DNA of 64,000 nucleotides from a virus, in the IMG/VR virus record IMGVR_UViG_3300045988_180769, positions 32,001-96,000 of that record; one strand, written 5' to 3'. The translations under genes were made by a program, and so were the position numbers. Positions 17,201 through 28,700 of this stretch are shown here, in pieces (positions within the stretch are counted from its first letter, which is position 1; each line of letters starts with the position of its first letter). The notes under the pieces were generated by a model. It did no database searches. It was not told the DNA's origin and saw only the letters and a program-made list of their open reading frames with translations.

Positions 17201-19647
17201 TGCAGATAATAACCATCTTTATTTACTGTCCAGTTATACGATCCTGAAATTCTTACAAATTGAGCTTTTCCTTGTTCATCTGTATTAATTGATTCTGTAC
17301 CAATAGTAATAAGAGCGTCTGCAAGTGGTTGATCGTTTATATCAACAACTGTAAAATCGATTGTGTATCCTATTTGAATAAGATTAATCTCTTTTATAAC
17401 TGGTTGGCCATTGATTGTTATTTGACCTTGTTGTGTATAAAATTCTGTTTTTGTAACTTGCCAATTATATGTTCCATCAATCTCTGAAAATACAACTGTT
17501 CCATTGGCATCTGTTTGCAAAGTCATTCCATTGAATGTAACATTTGCTTTCGCAACTGGAAGGCCATTACTTCGAACAATAAATGTTGCATCATACTTAG
17601 GAACAGGATTAAACTGCACATCTATGATTGCATTATTATAAATCGTAAAATCAGCTTCTTTTGTAACAAAGCCTTCTTTAACGACTTTATAGTGATATGT
17701 ACCTGCTGCTAATACAAAACCTGTTCCCAATCCTTGAGCATTCGTTACTCCTGTTTGAGGATCAATATCTGTACCAGTAACTAATATTGATGCACCTGAA
17801 ACTGGATCGACACCATTTCGAACTCTAAATGTAACATTGTAATATGGAATTTTTTCGAGCTCGATTTCAATATTGGTACTATCGATAATCTCAGCATTTC
17901 TTCTTATCGTATAATAATCTTCATACTCGACAACATATGGATAAATTCCTGGAAACACATCAAATGTTGCAATACCACTTGAACTTGTATACTGAATCTT
18001 ACCTCCAAAAGTGATCTTTACATTCTGCATCAATTCTTTTGTTACAGAGTCTCTCACATAGAATGTGACCACTCTTTCATAGGCCAAACCTGGAAGTTGA
18101 ATATACTCAACAGAATCTTTTGTTACAATCAAAACTCCTTCAACTTCATTAAAGTTCTCTGCTGTCGCTTTATAATACCATTGCCCTCTTGGAAGTATAA
18201 TAGATGCTTCACCATTTACATCTGTTTTTAACATTTGTCCATTTATCTCAATAGAAGTGTTTGGTATATATTTATTTCTACTTGAAAACACTTTAAAAAG
18301 TACTCTATAAGTCTCTTCTCCAGTATATGGTCTAATCAATTCACTACCAAAAACATTCTTATATCCAATAAGATAGGTTTTTAAGAAGTTTTCTACAGAG
18401 AATTTCGCCTGATAAGAGTTATTCTTATAATATGCTGCAATGATATCTCTTTCTCCAAGATAACCCTGAGAAAATGGCAAATACAATGGTTTTACTTTGA
18501 AGTCATATACATAAGCATAAGGTGAATTCGATTCTGGTGTTCTATCCTGAATAAATATTGGTGCTATGTATTTCATATTAGGAAGAATTGACAATGCTCT
18601 TCCAGTTGCGAAATTTAAACTTGGTGCATTGAGGAATTTCTCATTTGTTGATAAAAGAAGTCCTTTTATGTAATAATACATTCCTTCGTTTGGCAAATTC
18701 AAATATTCAGCAGTATGAAACCATATCGAATTTCCTGTGATCTGTCCATTTTCGAGAACTCCCATTTCAAGTGGAGCTCCATCTGTTGTTTCATAACCTG
18801 CAACACCAAACTTTAAATTTTCATTAGTTGTTCCTGAAACTTTTACTTGTAATGAAATCTCATAGCTTAAATTAGGATCAATGAGAATAAGTTTACTTAA
18901 ATCCTCTCTTCCATCAATACCAACCATTTGATTTCCAAAGAAAGTCATTGCATTAAAGATCTCACCATCGTCACCATTTTCATCTTGTGTCAAACTAATG
19001 TTTCCTGATGGAAATAATGGATAGTTGTCTAATGACTCTACTCCTTTTGTATATTCGAATGCTTTTGTTACATTCATTACAGTATTCGTTCGATCATAAG
19101 TTGGAGAACTATGACCCATCGCCCATCCTGTACTTTCAGGTTTCAATAAAGCAAAGATAAATTCATCTAATGAATTGTATCTAATTAAGCGAAGGAGTTC
19201 TCCTAAGATTTCTCCTTCTTTGCTTATAATATCTAATCGTCCTCTTTTTGAATATTCCAGTAAATAATTATAGAAGAGATATTCCATTTGATCCTGACTA
19301 TCTACAAGATTAGTCACAAGACCTCTGTTTTGAATAAAGAGTTCGAATAATATCTTGTTTGAATCAATTTCCTTATACTTTCGAGCATAGAGAACTGTTA
19401 ATGCAAACATATGTGTTATCGTTCCCCAAAAAGCTCTAAAGTCAGGATTATCTTTCTTTTTGATGAAAGTTGGTAAAATTCCGATTCCTTCCAATTTAGC
19501 TAATACATTTTCAGCCCAACCCATAACAGCTTTATCATTTTCTTCGAAAAAGCGACTAAAGACCAGGTTATCATATATTGAAGAACTTGAAGTTATAAAT
19601 AAGTCTCCACATGGATGTTCTTCTCTTGGATCAATTCTTTCTCTCAT
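14209..19647 (-). CDS. giant tail fibre / receptor-binding protein (1812 aa): about 11 prealbumin-like repeats, a PKD-like module, and C-terminal BspA-type leucine-rich repeats
   Basis: Repeats of about 80 aa, e.g. YNVTFRVRNG..VSGASILVTG...TNAQG...LAAGTYHYKVVKEGF (coordinates about 15690-18310). PKD-like LRVNWGDGSQTIGTISHTYGTMGTYTITF (about 15530-15620). LRR_5/BspA-like units FANCSKLTEV, FFNCSSLKSV, FQDCSILTSI, FRRCTSLSAP, FKNCTNLRTI, FSGCINLTNM, FYNCSKLINA and YYNCTSLTEY (about 14250-15420). Confidence 0.75.
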   Translation of the reverse strand: MRERIDPREEHPCGDLFITSSSSIYDNLVFSRFFEENDKAVMGWAENVLAKLEGIGILPTFIKKKDNPDFRAFWGTITHMFALTVLYARKYKEIDSNKILFELFIQNRGLVTNLVDSQDQMEYLFYNYLLEYSKRGRLDIISKEGEILGELLRLIRYNSLDEFIFALLKPESTGWAMGHSSPTYDRTNTVMNVTKAFEYTKGVESLDNYPLFPSGNISLTQDENGDDGEIFNAMTFFGNQMVGIDGREDLSKLILIDPNLSYEISLQVKVSGTTNENLKFGVAGYETTDGAPLEMGVLENGQITGNSIWFHTAEYLNLPNEGMYYYIKGLLLSTNEKFLNAPSLNFATGRALSILPNMKYIAPIFIQDRTPESNSPYAYVYDFKVKPLYLPFSQGYLGERDIIAAYYKNNSYQAKFSVENFLKTYLIGYKNVFGSELIRPYTGEETYRVLFKVFSSRNKYIPNTSIEINGQMLKTDVNGEASIILPRGQWYYKATAENFNEVEGVLIVTKDSVEYIQLPGLAYERVVTFYVRDSVTKELMQNVKITFGGKIQYTSSSGIATFDVFPGIYPYVVEYEDYYTIRRNAEIIDSTNIEIELEKIPYYNVTFRVRNGVDPVSGASILVTGTDIDPQTGVTNAQGLGTGFVLAAGTYHYKVVKEGFVTKEADFTIYNNAIIDVQFNPVPKYDATFIVRSNGLPVAKANVTFNGMTLQTDANGTVVFSEIDGTYNWQVTKTEFYTQQGQITINGQPVIKEINLIQIGYTIDFTVVDINDQPLADALITIGTESINTDEQGKAQFVRISGSYNWTVNKDGYYLQQGVVIVNSFNKTVNVVLKLITYNIVFTVRIDGQPVVNQPVVVGSGSNEETLNTDGRGNVTFTKIPGAYPWSVTRTGYDIQTGTAVLTNQSIAIVVDLAKTRGTLTVTVVDNATSTAINNAAVTINGETKYSNINGIAGNWSLILGTWPWTASHTDYKPNSGNLNIVQGQNNYTIRLTEKDAVLYNVTFIAKEGQNTLEGASITIDGETTVATDANGRVVVQLAAGTYHYIAKYGTYFTDLESDFTVYNNMTVNLTFIRKTTTVTIFCYENYGGTQRAIQGASVNFNNTSSVSGADGNALFYNVPMSDNSLICTASKLPVYPSNTTFFTVNKATPIFPIELGAKYYSIIFWVRDDSGNYLSDVAIRCNGTLNYISSSGYCIFSSYPAGTAFSWQATKDAYQSQSGSGTVLEMDTTVNVVMPRNKCMVTYNVRNTAGQPISGVTVTDRISSGVTGTSGTVQWYVPAGDIYGYSATSPYYFTVNGQYTVGPTETSKTVYITMEDGAVIEIQTSTNGEPVSLPIQNTSVTGLGNLRVNWGDGSQTIGTISHTYGTMGTYTITFDFNDQTVQMIWGQPYPLVSFQTQLRRVVKWFTTKVSTSFTERAFANCSKLTEVASWTTGLISGSTDYFFFNCSSLKSVPSNQLSFGTSYISTYEGSNISGAINLTNYLGGYGVDNYYRTFAGTKITNVTGQISPSGQGCTVGSMFQDCSILTSIQFDINAINIINCIGMFRRCTSLSAPCQISFMSGSDCDATYFCAGTGITSLQSNSFIGNVNTAVFTQAFASTNLSQVSSNAFNVHATLSISWVQTFMDNKVLLNIDNIKLNDAILCQSTFEGSGVVTIPSNYFVSDKCASYVGCFKNCTNLRTIGSTIIPASSNSIQSVVEMFSGCINLTNMDKYPFGYSISNATITSGLFKTCLAYNNLFYNCSKLINAPYCELYNKYGVYLDLPMPFMFDPAFQLTFDGFPSMSQIAHTNCYYNCTSLTEYQDLHDQYPNWF

Positions 19648-19701
19648 CTTATTGTTATTTACTGCATAAAAATACTAATTAATCTTTTAATTACAAACTC
19701 C

Positions 19702-22700
19702 TTACCAGATTAATTTATAACCATAAAAAGTTGTTGGTAACTTTCCTGATATGGCTGGATTTGAATATGATGGGTATGCAAAAGAAATATAAGAATCTCC
19801 ATTCCAAGATAAAACTTCATAAACAGATGGTCTATATACTTCTGATAATCCCCCTGCAACAGATTGATTATATGTACCCTCCATATTAATCTTATCTCCT
19901 GAGCCACCTAAAGATTTCCAAACTCCTTCTACATCGCTATATTGCCAACATGAAAATGATTTTGGATTATTTCCTTCTGCATATGATGTATTTTGAAATA
20001 ATGCTCCAAAACAACCTGCTGTTCCACTTATAAATAAAATCATTTTTGTACCTGACTTTGAAAAAATAATTTCTTGAACATAATAAGAAGCCATTTGACT
20101 TCTTAAAAAAGCTGTATGTTCTGTGTTCATATAAGTTTGTGAATCAACAATAAACCCATTCGCATTAATAATAACATTTCCATTATAATAATAAGAATAA
20201 AGTCCTTTTGCATATCCAAATAAAGTTGGAGACCCTTTTGGAACAAAAAACATCCATGTACAATTAGAATTGATCCAACAATTAGCACCAAGATTTGCTT
20301 GAATTACAGAAACTTGATTATCATAGTATGAATAGTTTGTTGAATTGTTAACTTGTAATGTTCTATCGTATTTTATACAAGAGAGTTTCCATGCTGTTAG
20401 TGCTGAAGCCTGGTCCAAACCCAATGCTAAAGTCACAAAGTATGTATTATCTTCGTAAGCCTTCATAAACTTATAATAAGAAGTTGTTGTATTCACACTA
20501 CCACTCATGTTTATAAGCGTATTGGAGGGTACATAATTATGTAATGTTGCTACGAAAGATTTTGGTTCAAAAGAGGGTGATATGATTATTTCACCTGACT
20601 CCACTGTATTATGACCAAGTACTACACCACCAATGCAAGAATAACTATTTAAACAGCCAAAATTACTAAAATAGTTATTTGGATTAGATGAAGTTCCGAA
20701 TGTTGTATTTATTATTAATCGCGATAAACACTGTTGATGATTGATATTATACATAAGTGTAAATGTTGCAATCGCAATTTTTGGCAAAGATTCCTGAGGT
20801 GATGCTGTGAACATATACAGAATACATTTTTCAAAAGTTCCCCAAGCACCAGATGTTTGGCTTGAAATCTCATGAAAAATCACTTTTGATTTCATTATAT
20901 TCTGATCATACATAGATAAACTTAACTGTTCTGAATATTGTCCAATATTTGAAGTATTCACAGCTGCCATATCAAATTGTCCAAGATTAAAGAAACCTCG
21001 ACTTGAATAAAAGTTAGCGCAACCAACTGATGGGATTTTATTCGAAGGTAAATTATTATAATCAAGAGGAACTACATAGGCTGAACTGTTACTTGGTTGA
21101 GAATAATAAGGATTATAACTTGGACCAATTCCTGTATATCTTCCATAACTATATTGATTACCTGCTGCATAATCATACACTTTTTGCACCCAACCATTAT
21201 TGCCAATATACATAGCTCTTACTTGTACACTTTGATCAATATTAAAGTTCCATACAGCAGGATATGTTGTGGTAACTGGATAATCACCTGAACTTGCACC
21301 TGTGCCCCATCCAGTTACCAATCCTCCTAACTGTAAGTAATAAGCTCCTGGTCTAATAACAATCGATACTGTACCTGCAGAATTCGTTGTTCCTGAATAA
21401 TTTATTGTGCTTTTGTTCGTAGATAATTTTACTGCACAATTAGCTGCAACCAAAGATGTATTATCCTCTCTCACTACATTAAATGTAATCGTAGCTTCAC
21501 TTGGTACGAGCTTAATTGTAAAGTTCGTAGTATTGGCATTAGTTGTCTCTAATGAATCATATTTGGAAGCACTTACTTGGTATCTGTTCGTAAGTCCTGA
21601 TACATAAACTGTTGCCTGTCCTGATGCATTTGTTGTAACAGTTTGTGGTGCGTAACCACCTGAAAAGGCACCTGAAATTGCATTACTACCATTAAGACCA
21701 TACATCTTTATTGTCGCTCCACTTACTGCAGCATTTGTTAAACTGTTTTGAACAGTCACTACAATCGTCTTTATCGCAACAGATGTAAATGCATTTGATT
21801 CTGCAGTTGGAACATTACTGAAATTATATGTAGGGGTGATAACATAAGGAGTTTCAGTTGTAGTTGCTCCTGTTACGAAGTAATTTGCAACTTTTGCCAC
21901 TACTGTTGTCGCAATACCTGCAATCCAAGTATAAGTTCCTAAATAAGAAACAGCTTCACTATTGGAAAGAGTTACTGTAGTTGCAGTACCTGCTGTTGTA
22001 TAAACAGGTTTCATATAAGTATTTATTGCCCACCAACCTAACGCAGAACCATACTTAATTCTAAAAAACGATCCAATAGATCTTGTCAATCTTGAAGCAT
22101 TGTGTGTTGATGCTGCAGTTGGCATATTAATGTTTGCACTACCAGCGACCCAATAACTTGTTCCTCCTCCCCATCTTACTATGTATGTACCAGTAATCAT
22201 TGGTCCAAAACTTACTTGACCTGATGAATTAGTACTTCCACTGAATGTAATAGTAGAAAGAGTTGTATTTGTTAATGTAACTGGACAGCCATTTGTATTT
22301 CCTTTTATGACTCCTTGATATACATCTTTAATCGTAATCGTAATCGAAGAAGTTGCTTCACTCAATATAATATTTACTGGAGAAGCAGTACCTGCAGCTA
22401 ATTGTGCAGATCCTGAAACATAATTTGTTTTTGAATAGGAATAAGTTCTTGTTACAGCACATCCACTTCGTAACAAAGATACATTTCCTGAAGAGTCTGT
22501 TGTTCCAGTTTGACCCAACATTGTTAATGTAACACCACTTAAATTTCCACCATAGTTTTTACTCTTTACATTAAAAGTTATTCTTGTGGAAGCAGTTAAA
22601 TTCATTGTCCAACCTTCACCTTCAGTAGTCCATGTATGAGTCTGTGTGGCATTGCTATAATAACTTGCATAGTTCTTAGGAGTATAAGTGTAAACAAGGC

Positions 22701-25700
22701 CTGCATAGACTGTATTTGATTTTTGACCATTTCCATCTAACGTTAGATCTGCATTTCCTCCAGTACTTGTTCTCGACATCACAGTAGAAGCCAATCTATA
22801 ACTATTCGATCCGATAACTTCATTCACTGTTAATGTTACAGTTACTGTTGTTCTCAGCATTGTAATCGTATATGGACTTGTCTGAGCTGCTGTCACAGTT
22901 CCTGAATAAGGATTGAAATATGTAGCTGTTCCTGTTAATGGTTTATCTAATCCACTTCGATAAAAGAAAACATATCCTTCTGATGTCGTTGTTTCTTTTT
23001 GACCAAAATAAACTAAATTCGCCCCAGGCAACACTGTACTCGCTGGTACATTTGAAACAACATTTACTCTTATTGAATTATTACATTTCAAACTTATCAA
23101 TGCCACCTGACCTGACGAAGTAAAGGTAATCGCATTATCTGGATTACTATAATAATTTCGATAATCAACTACACCAAAAGTAATTGGAGTTCCAAGATAA
23201 CAAGCGAAAGTTACATTTCCTGCTGTATCTAATGTCAATGGACTTGTAGAAGCTGCAGGTGTGAAAGTCATCTTCTTTGATGGATAAACAGATACTGGGT
23301 TGTACGAACCATTACTTGGCGTTGCCTTTCTTGTTAATGTCACTGCTGAACCACCACTATTATTATAGATAGTGATATTATTATTCCCATTTTGGAAAGA
23401 ATAGTCAGAATGACGAGATACCATCTTATCATATGTACATGCTCTCTGGATAATGGTTCCTGCTGTAGAACTTGTAAAATTATTTCCTGTTATATCATAA
23501 ACAGTTGCCAATCCTAATTGCCACGCCACAGGTCTTGTTGTTCCTTGTAAAACAAAGAAGAATGTTGATGAAAATGTTCCAGTAGAGTATGTTCTTATAT
23601 AATACATGTATAAACCCCAATCTCCTGTACCTGCAGTTCCAGTTAACCATCGTGATACTGCACTATCTCCAATTGCATTCGTATGAAAAGAAATACTATA
23701 TCCAGTAGGAACTTTTGCATAAAAATATGCTACATATTCTTTATTTGCAGCAGTTGGGAATGAATATGTAAATCCTCCTAAACCAGGACTTGTACTTCCA
23801 CTTGCTGCAGTCGCAATTTCCAAACAATAACCACTATGAACTAATGTAGCTTCTTGTACACTTAAAGTGACATTCGCAGATAAACGAGAAAGAACAACAT
23901 TCACTGTTCCAGTAGTTCCTGAACCAATCTGCCCAGATGTTCCTGTATGATATGTAGCTGAAACTTGATATTCTCTTCCTGGAACGCCTCTATAGAAACT
24001 TACATTACCACTCGAATCAGTCACACCAGCCTGTCCAAAGAAAGTTACATTCGCACCACTCAAATTAGTCCCTGATGGAATATTTGATTTAATATTGAAT
24101 GTAATTCGAGCTGTAATATTCAATGTCATTTTGAAAGTTTGATTCGCAGCAGTGAAAGTATAAGTTTGTGTTGGATTGCTATACCACGAAGGCGCTTCTT
24201 GTACTGTAAATGTTGTTGGCGTTCCAAGATATGCTGTAAATGATACAGTACTGTTTGCATTCAATGTAACACTGCTTCCACTTGTAAGTGGTGAAACAGT
24301 TATAGGTCGATTTGGGTAACTATAATCTGTTGTTGCCCCTGGATATCTTTCAACCACCTGTAAAGTTACAGTAGCAGTCTTTCTTGTCAATACAATATTG
24401 AATGGAGATGCAGAAGTTGATAATATTGTTCCGCTATAACCATTTATATAAGAACTGTCGCCTACAGTTATTGACTTATCCAATCCACTTCTATAGAAAG
24501 ATGCGTTTCCTGAAGCATCTGTGGTTTTCGTTTGATTGAAATATGTCACGCTCATATTTGCAGCGACATTTCCAGTTGGAACATTTACTTTAGTATTTAC
24601 CACAATCTGTTTTGCACAAGTCAATGACATCGTCTGTGATTGACCTTCACTTGTATATGTGAATGATTGAGATGGATTACTATAAAAATCAGTATTTTCT
24701 GTTACACTAAATGTTATCGCTGTTCCAAGAATACCACTGAATGAAACATTTCCTGAAGAATCTGTTGTAATATTTCCAGTAGATGAACCTGCTGTCCATT
24801 TAATCGTTTTACCAGCGTAAGCAAATGTTCCTGTGACTCCTGGAATTGTTTCTACTACTTTCAATACAATAGGAGTTGTTGCTCTTATCATTGTAATATT
24901 GAAAGGGGAAGATTGTGCTGCAGTCAGGGTCGTTGATAATGTATCAAAATATGTCGCAGAAGAAGAAAGGCTTTGATTCAAACCACTTCTTAAGAAAGTC
25001 GCATTTCCAGATGCATCTGTTGTCTTTGTCTGATGGAAATACGATACAGATGCTCCTTGAATATTTGTACTCGCAGGAATATTTGATTTAACATTTACCA
25101 CTACATTTGCAGAACAAGTTAAATTCATCACCCATGACTGTCCTGATGCTGTGAATGTATGAGCTTGACTGGCATTACTGTAATAGTTCGAATAATTCGT
25201 TGGAACAAATGTATAAGAAATTCCAAGATAATAAGTACCACTGACTAATTGTCCATTAGCGTTTAGATCATGAGAAGATCCTGTTATCCCTGGTCTTGAA
25301 ATTGTAATTTTGCTATTCGCCAATGGATAGTTTGTTCCTGAAATCGTTTCATTTACTGTTAAAAGCGCAGTAACAGCAATTCTTGTCAATGTCACTGTAA
25401 GTGGTGATGTTTGAGCTGCTGTAATTGTTCCAGAATAAGGATTGAAGTAAGAACCATTACTTACACTTAATCCTTGTGTTAATCCACTTCGATATAATGA
25501 AACTGTACCATCGCTCGCTGCTGTTCCTGTTTGATTGAAATATGTAACTGTTGCTCCACCTAAATTAGGATCGGTTACATATATGTCTGTTATGGCTTTA
25601 ATCGTTATTTTTGCTGAACAAGTTAAATTCATTGCAAACGATTGACCTGCTGCAGTATATGTATGAGATTGAGTTGGATTGGAATAAAACTCAGGGTGCA

Positions 25701-28700
25701 ATACAACTGCGAAACTTATTGGAATGCCTAAGTATGCATCAAAAGATGCTGTACCTGTCGCGCTTAATGTTAATGTCCCATTTCCTGCTGCAGATGTATA
25801 ATTGATCGTCATTCCATTATAAGCAAACGATCCAGTCACTCCTGGAATAACCTCTGCAACACTAATTGTTACTGTTTGCTTAATTCTATATAGCAATACA
25901 TTTACTGGAGAAGTAGTTGTAGGAGTTATAGTTCCTTGTTTAGTATCGTATCCACTATCATCTACACTATAATCTTTTGTTAAAGCAGAACGATATAAAA
26001 CAGCGTTTCCTGATGCATTCGTTGTTACTTGTTGTGAATTCCAAGTTACTGTTGCTCCTTGTAAATTAGTACCAGCATATTGATCTTTTACATTAAATGT
26101 GATTTGAGCTGATACGTTCAAATTCATTGGCCAAATATATCCATCCTCTGTCCAAGTATAAGTTTGTGTTGGATTTGAATAAAAGTTTGGATAAGCATCT
26201 GTTGTAAATGTATATGGTAGCGTTTTGATCAATGTCATATTTGCATATCCATTCTCATCTAAGGTAATTGTAATTTCACCTGCCTTAGATGTCATTGTAA
26301 GAGTTTGGTCTGCTAAATAAGCACTTCCATTTGAACCAAAAATCTCTGACACCTGAATACCAGCATTAATCAATTCATACTTAACCTCAACATCAATAAC
26401 TGTTCCAGTAGAAGTTTGAGGATGAAAGAATGTTCCAGTTGTGATTTCACCAGCCAAAACTGCGTAACTGTAATTTCCAGTAAATACATCTGGAATAATT
26501 GTTAAACCATTTACATCAGTTGTTCCTTCATAAACAAGTGTTGACTTATCTTCATTGGTAATTCTTACTATGATTCCTTCTGGTGCTATAATACCTCCTG
26601 TAGAAACATTGAATGTAACTGGAAAGACTTGTGCTTTCAATGTAATATCCATTCTTGTTTCACTTCCAGTAGGAGTAAATGTCAATGTCGTTGTATCATA
26701 ATATTGAGCGCTTACTGTATAATTCATCGATATTGGTGAAAGATACATATAAACTATTCCATCACTATCTGTAGTTTGAGTTTGATCAACACTCATTCCT
26801 TTGAAGACAACAGTTGCTCCTGTTAATTCTCCATATTGATCACTTGTAACATAAACAGGTATTCTTTTTGAACAAGTATATGTTAAAATAGGAGTTTTGG
26901 CATCTGTGTTATTAAGTTTTACTACTGCTCCATTACCTTCATAAAAAACAACTGGTTGTACCTCAAATCTCTCAGGCAAACCAGCATAAATTGTTTTTGT
27001 GAATTGACCACTCGCGTTGGTCGTAACATTGGGTCCTGATGAAGTACCATTTTCATTGTAATAACATGCTAATACAAGACCAGCTTTGACAGGATTCGCT
27101 GTGGACGATATTAATGGCAGAATTTCTTTTACTGTCGCTGTGATAGAGAACGATCTTCTCGTAGCAATAATGCTCGTTGTTTTTTCTGTAGGTAGATAGA
27201 TATCTTTTGTTGCGACCTCATAATTTCCATTTGCATCTCCAACAGTGATTTTATAATTTCCAGGTGGAATATTAAATGTTCCATTTCCAAGAGTATTCAA
27301 TACACCATTGGCATTCGTTGTCCCTGTAAATGTATATTGTTGACTTGGTGTCCCACCCCAAGTACTTGATACTGTTACAGGACAAGATTCTGCAACATGA
27401 TTATATGGAACAGTATTACTTACTGTTAGATTAAATGTGATCTGTTCATATGTTAATACGAGATCAATATAATCATTCGTCAATGGAGGAGTAAATGTTC
27501 CAGTCAATACATTATGATCGGGGAATGTACAAGTGTAACCCATTGTTAATGGAGTAATATATACTTTCGCTGAACCATCTGATCCTGATGTAACAGTTTG
27601 ATCTAAACTCATTCCTGTTACAACTATCTCTGCACCTTCCAATGGTCTTAATGTATTTGCCTGTTTTACTCGAAGTTCTAATTGTTTAGAAGCTGTGATT
27701 TGCATATCAACAGGAAAATTTCCTTCGAAATTCCATGACATTATAAATAATCCATTGTTTGTATAGAAACCAGCTTCTGTGATTGTAAATTCATAAGAAA
27801 CTCCTGGAGTTATATCTGGAAAAATTGCTCCATTTTCATTAGTAGTATATTGCTTTGTTGTTCCATCGACAGTATTCTTTGCAGTTACCTTTAATCCTGA
27901 TTTAACTGGCATAAAACGAGAAGACTTTTGTTGAGTCAACTTTATATTTCCAGTTGATTGACTAACTTCTGTTGTAACTGTTAAATCAATATAACATTCT
28001 CTTGGTGTCGCGTCCCTTTTTAGTTCAACATTTTCAGCTACATTTATCTGAGTTCCTTCTAAAGTAGCAAATGGACTGGGTATGGGGATAATGTTTATAT
28101 CTAATCGAGCACCACCTAACAATAACCAATCGTATTCGACATTCAAACCTCCATCTTCTGGTCTTCTAAAAGTTTGAACCAAATCTCTCATGTCAAAAGA
28201 AATAGCACTGTTTGGAACAAGAATACTTTCAGGCATTCTTAAAACATAATAAAAACCATCATTTCCTAAGGCTTCTACTGATTTTACTCCTGATACTTTA
28301 ACTGTATCTTCATCTCCACTTACTCCTGGAATAAACTCTGTTAAATCAACTTCTGTATTAATGTCTTTTCTTTTCATTGTAAATGGCACCTCAATATCTT
28401 TGAGCTTTTCTAATGTAACATCTTGTGTCACTGAAATATACCATTTGTGAGTTGCAGTCCAAGTATAATCATCAGCCTCTGCTGATAAGGTTACTTGACC
28501 TAAAGCATTCGTTACTCCTGAAGTAACTTTCTCCATTGTACCTTTATTTACAAGATCAATGTTCACTCCTTCAATTACTTCTCCAGTTAATTGATCTGTG
28601 GCAATGAAAGTTACTTCTGTATCTCGAATTTGAATATAAATTGTTTCAACTACATCCTGATCTTTAATAGTAACTGTTCCAGTATATCTCTTATAATTAG

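Noticed and set aside
22400-26500. A periodic ~500-nt repeat array, considered as a possible CRISPR or satellite.
   Set aside because: The period is far too long. The units are diverged and lie inside one continuous ORF. They are protein-domain repeats.
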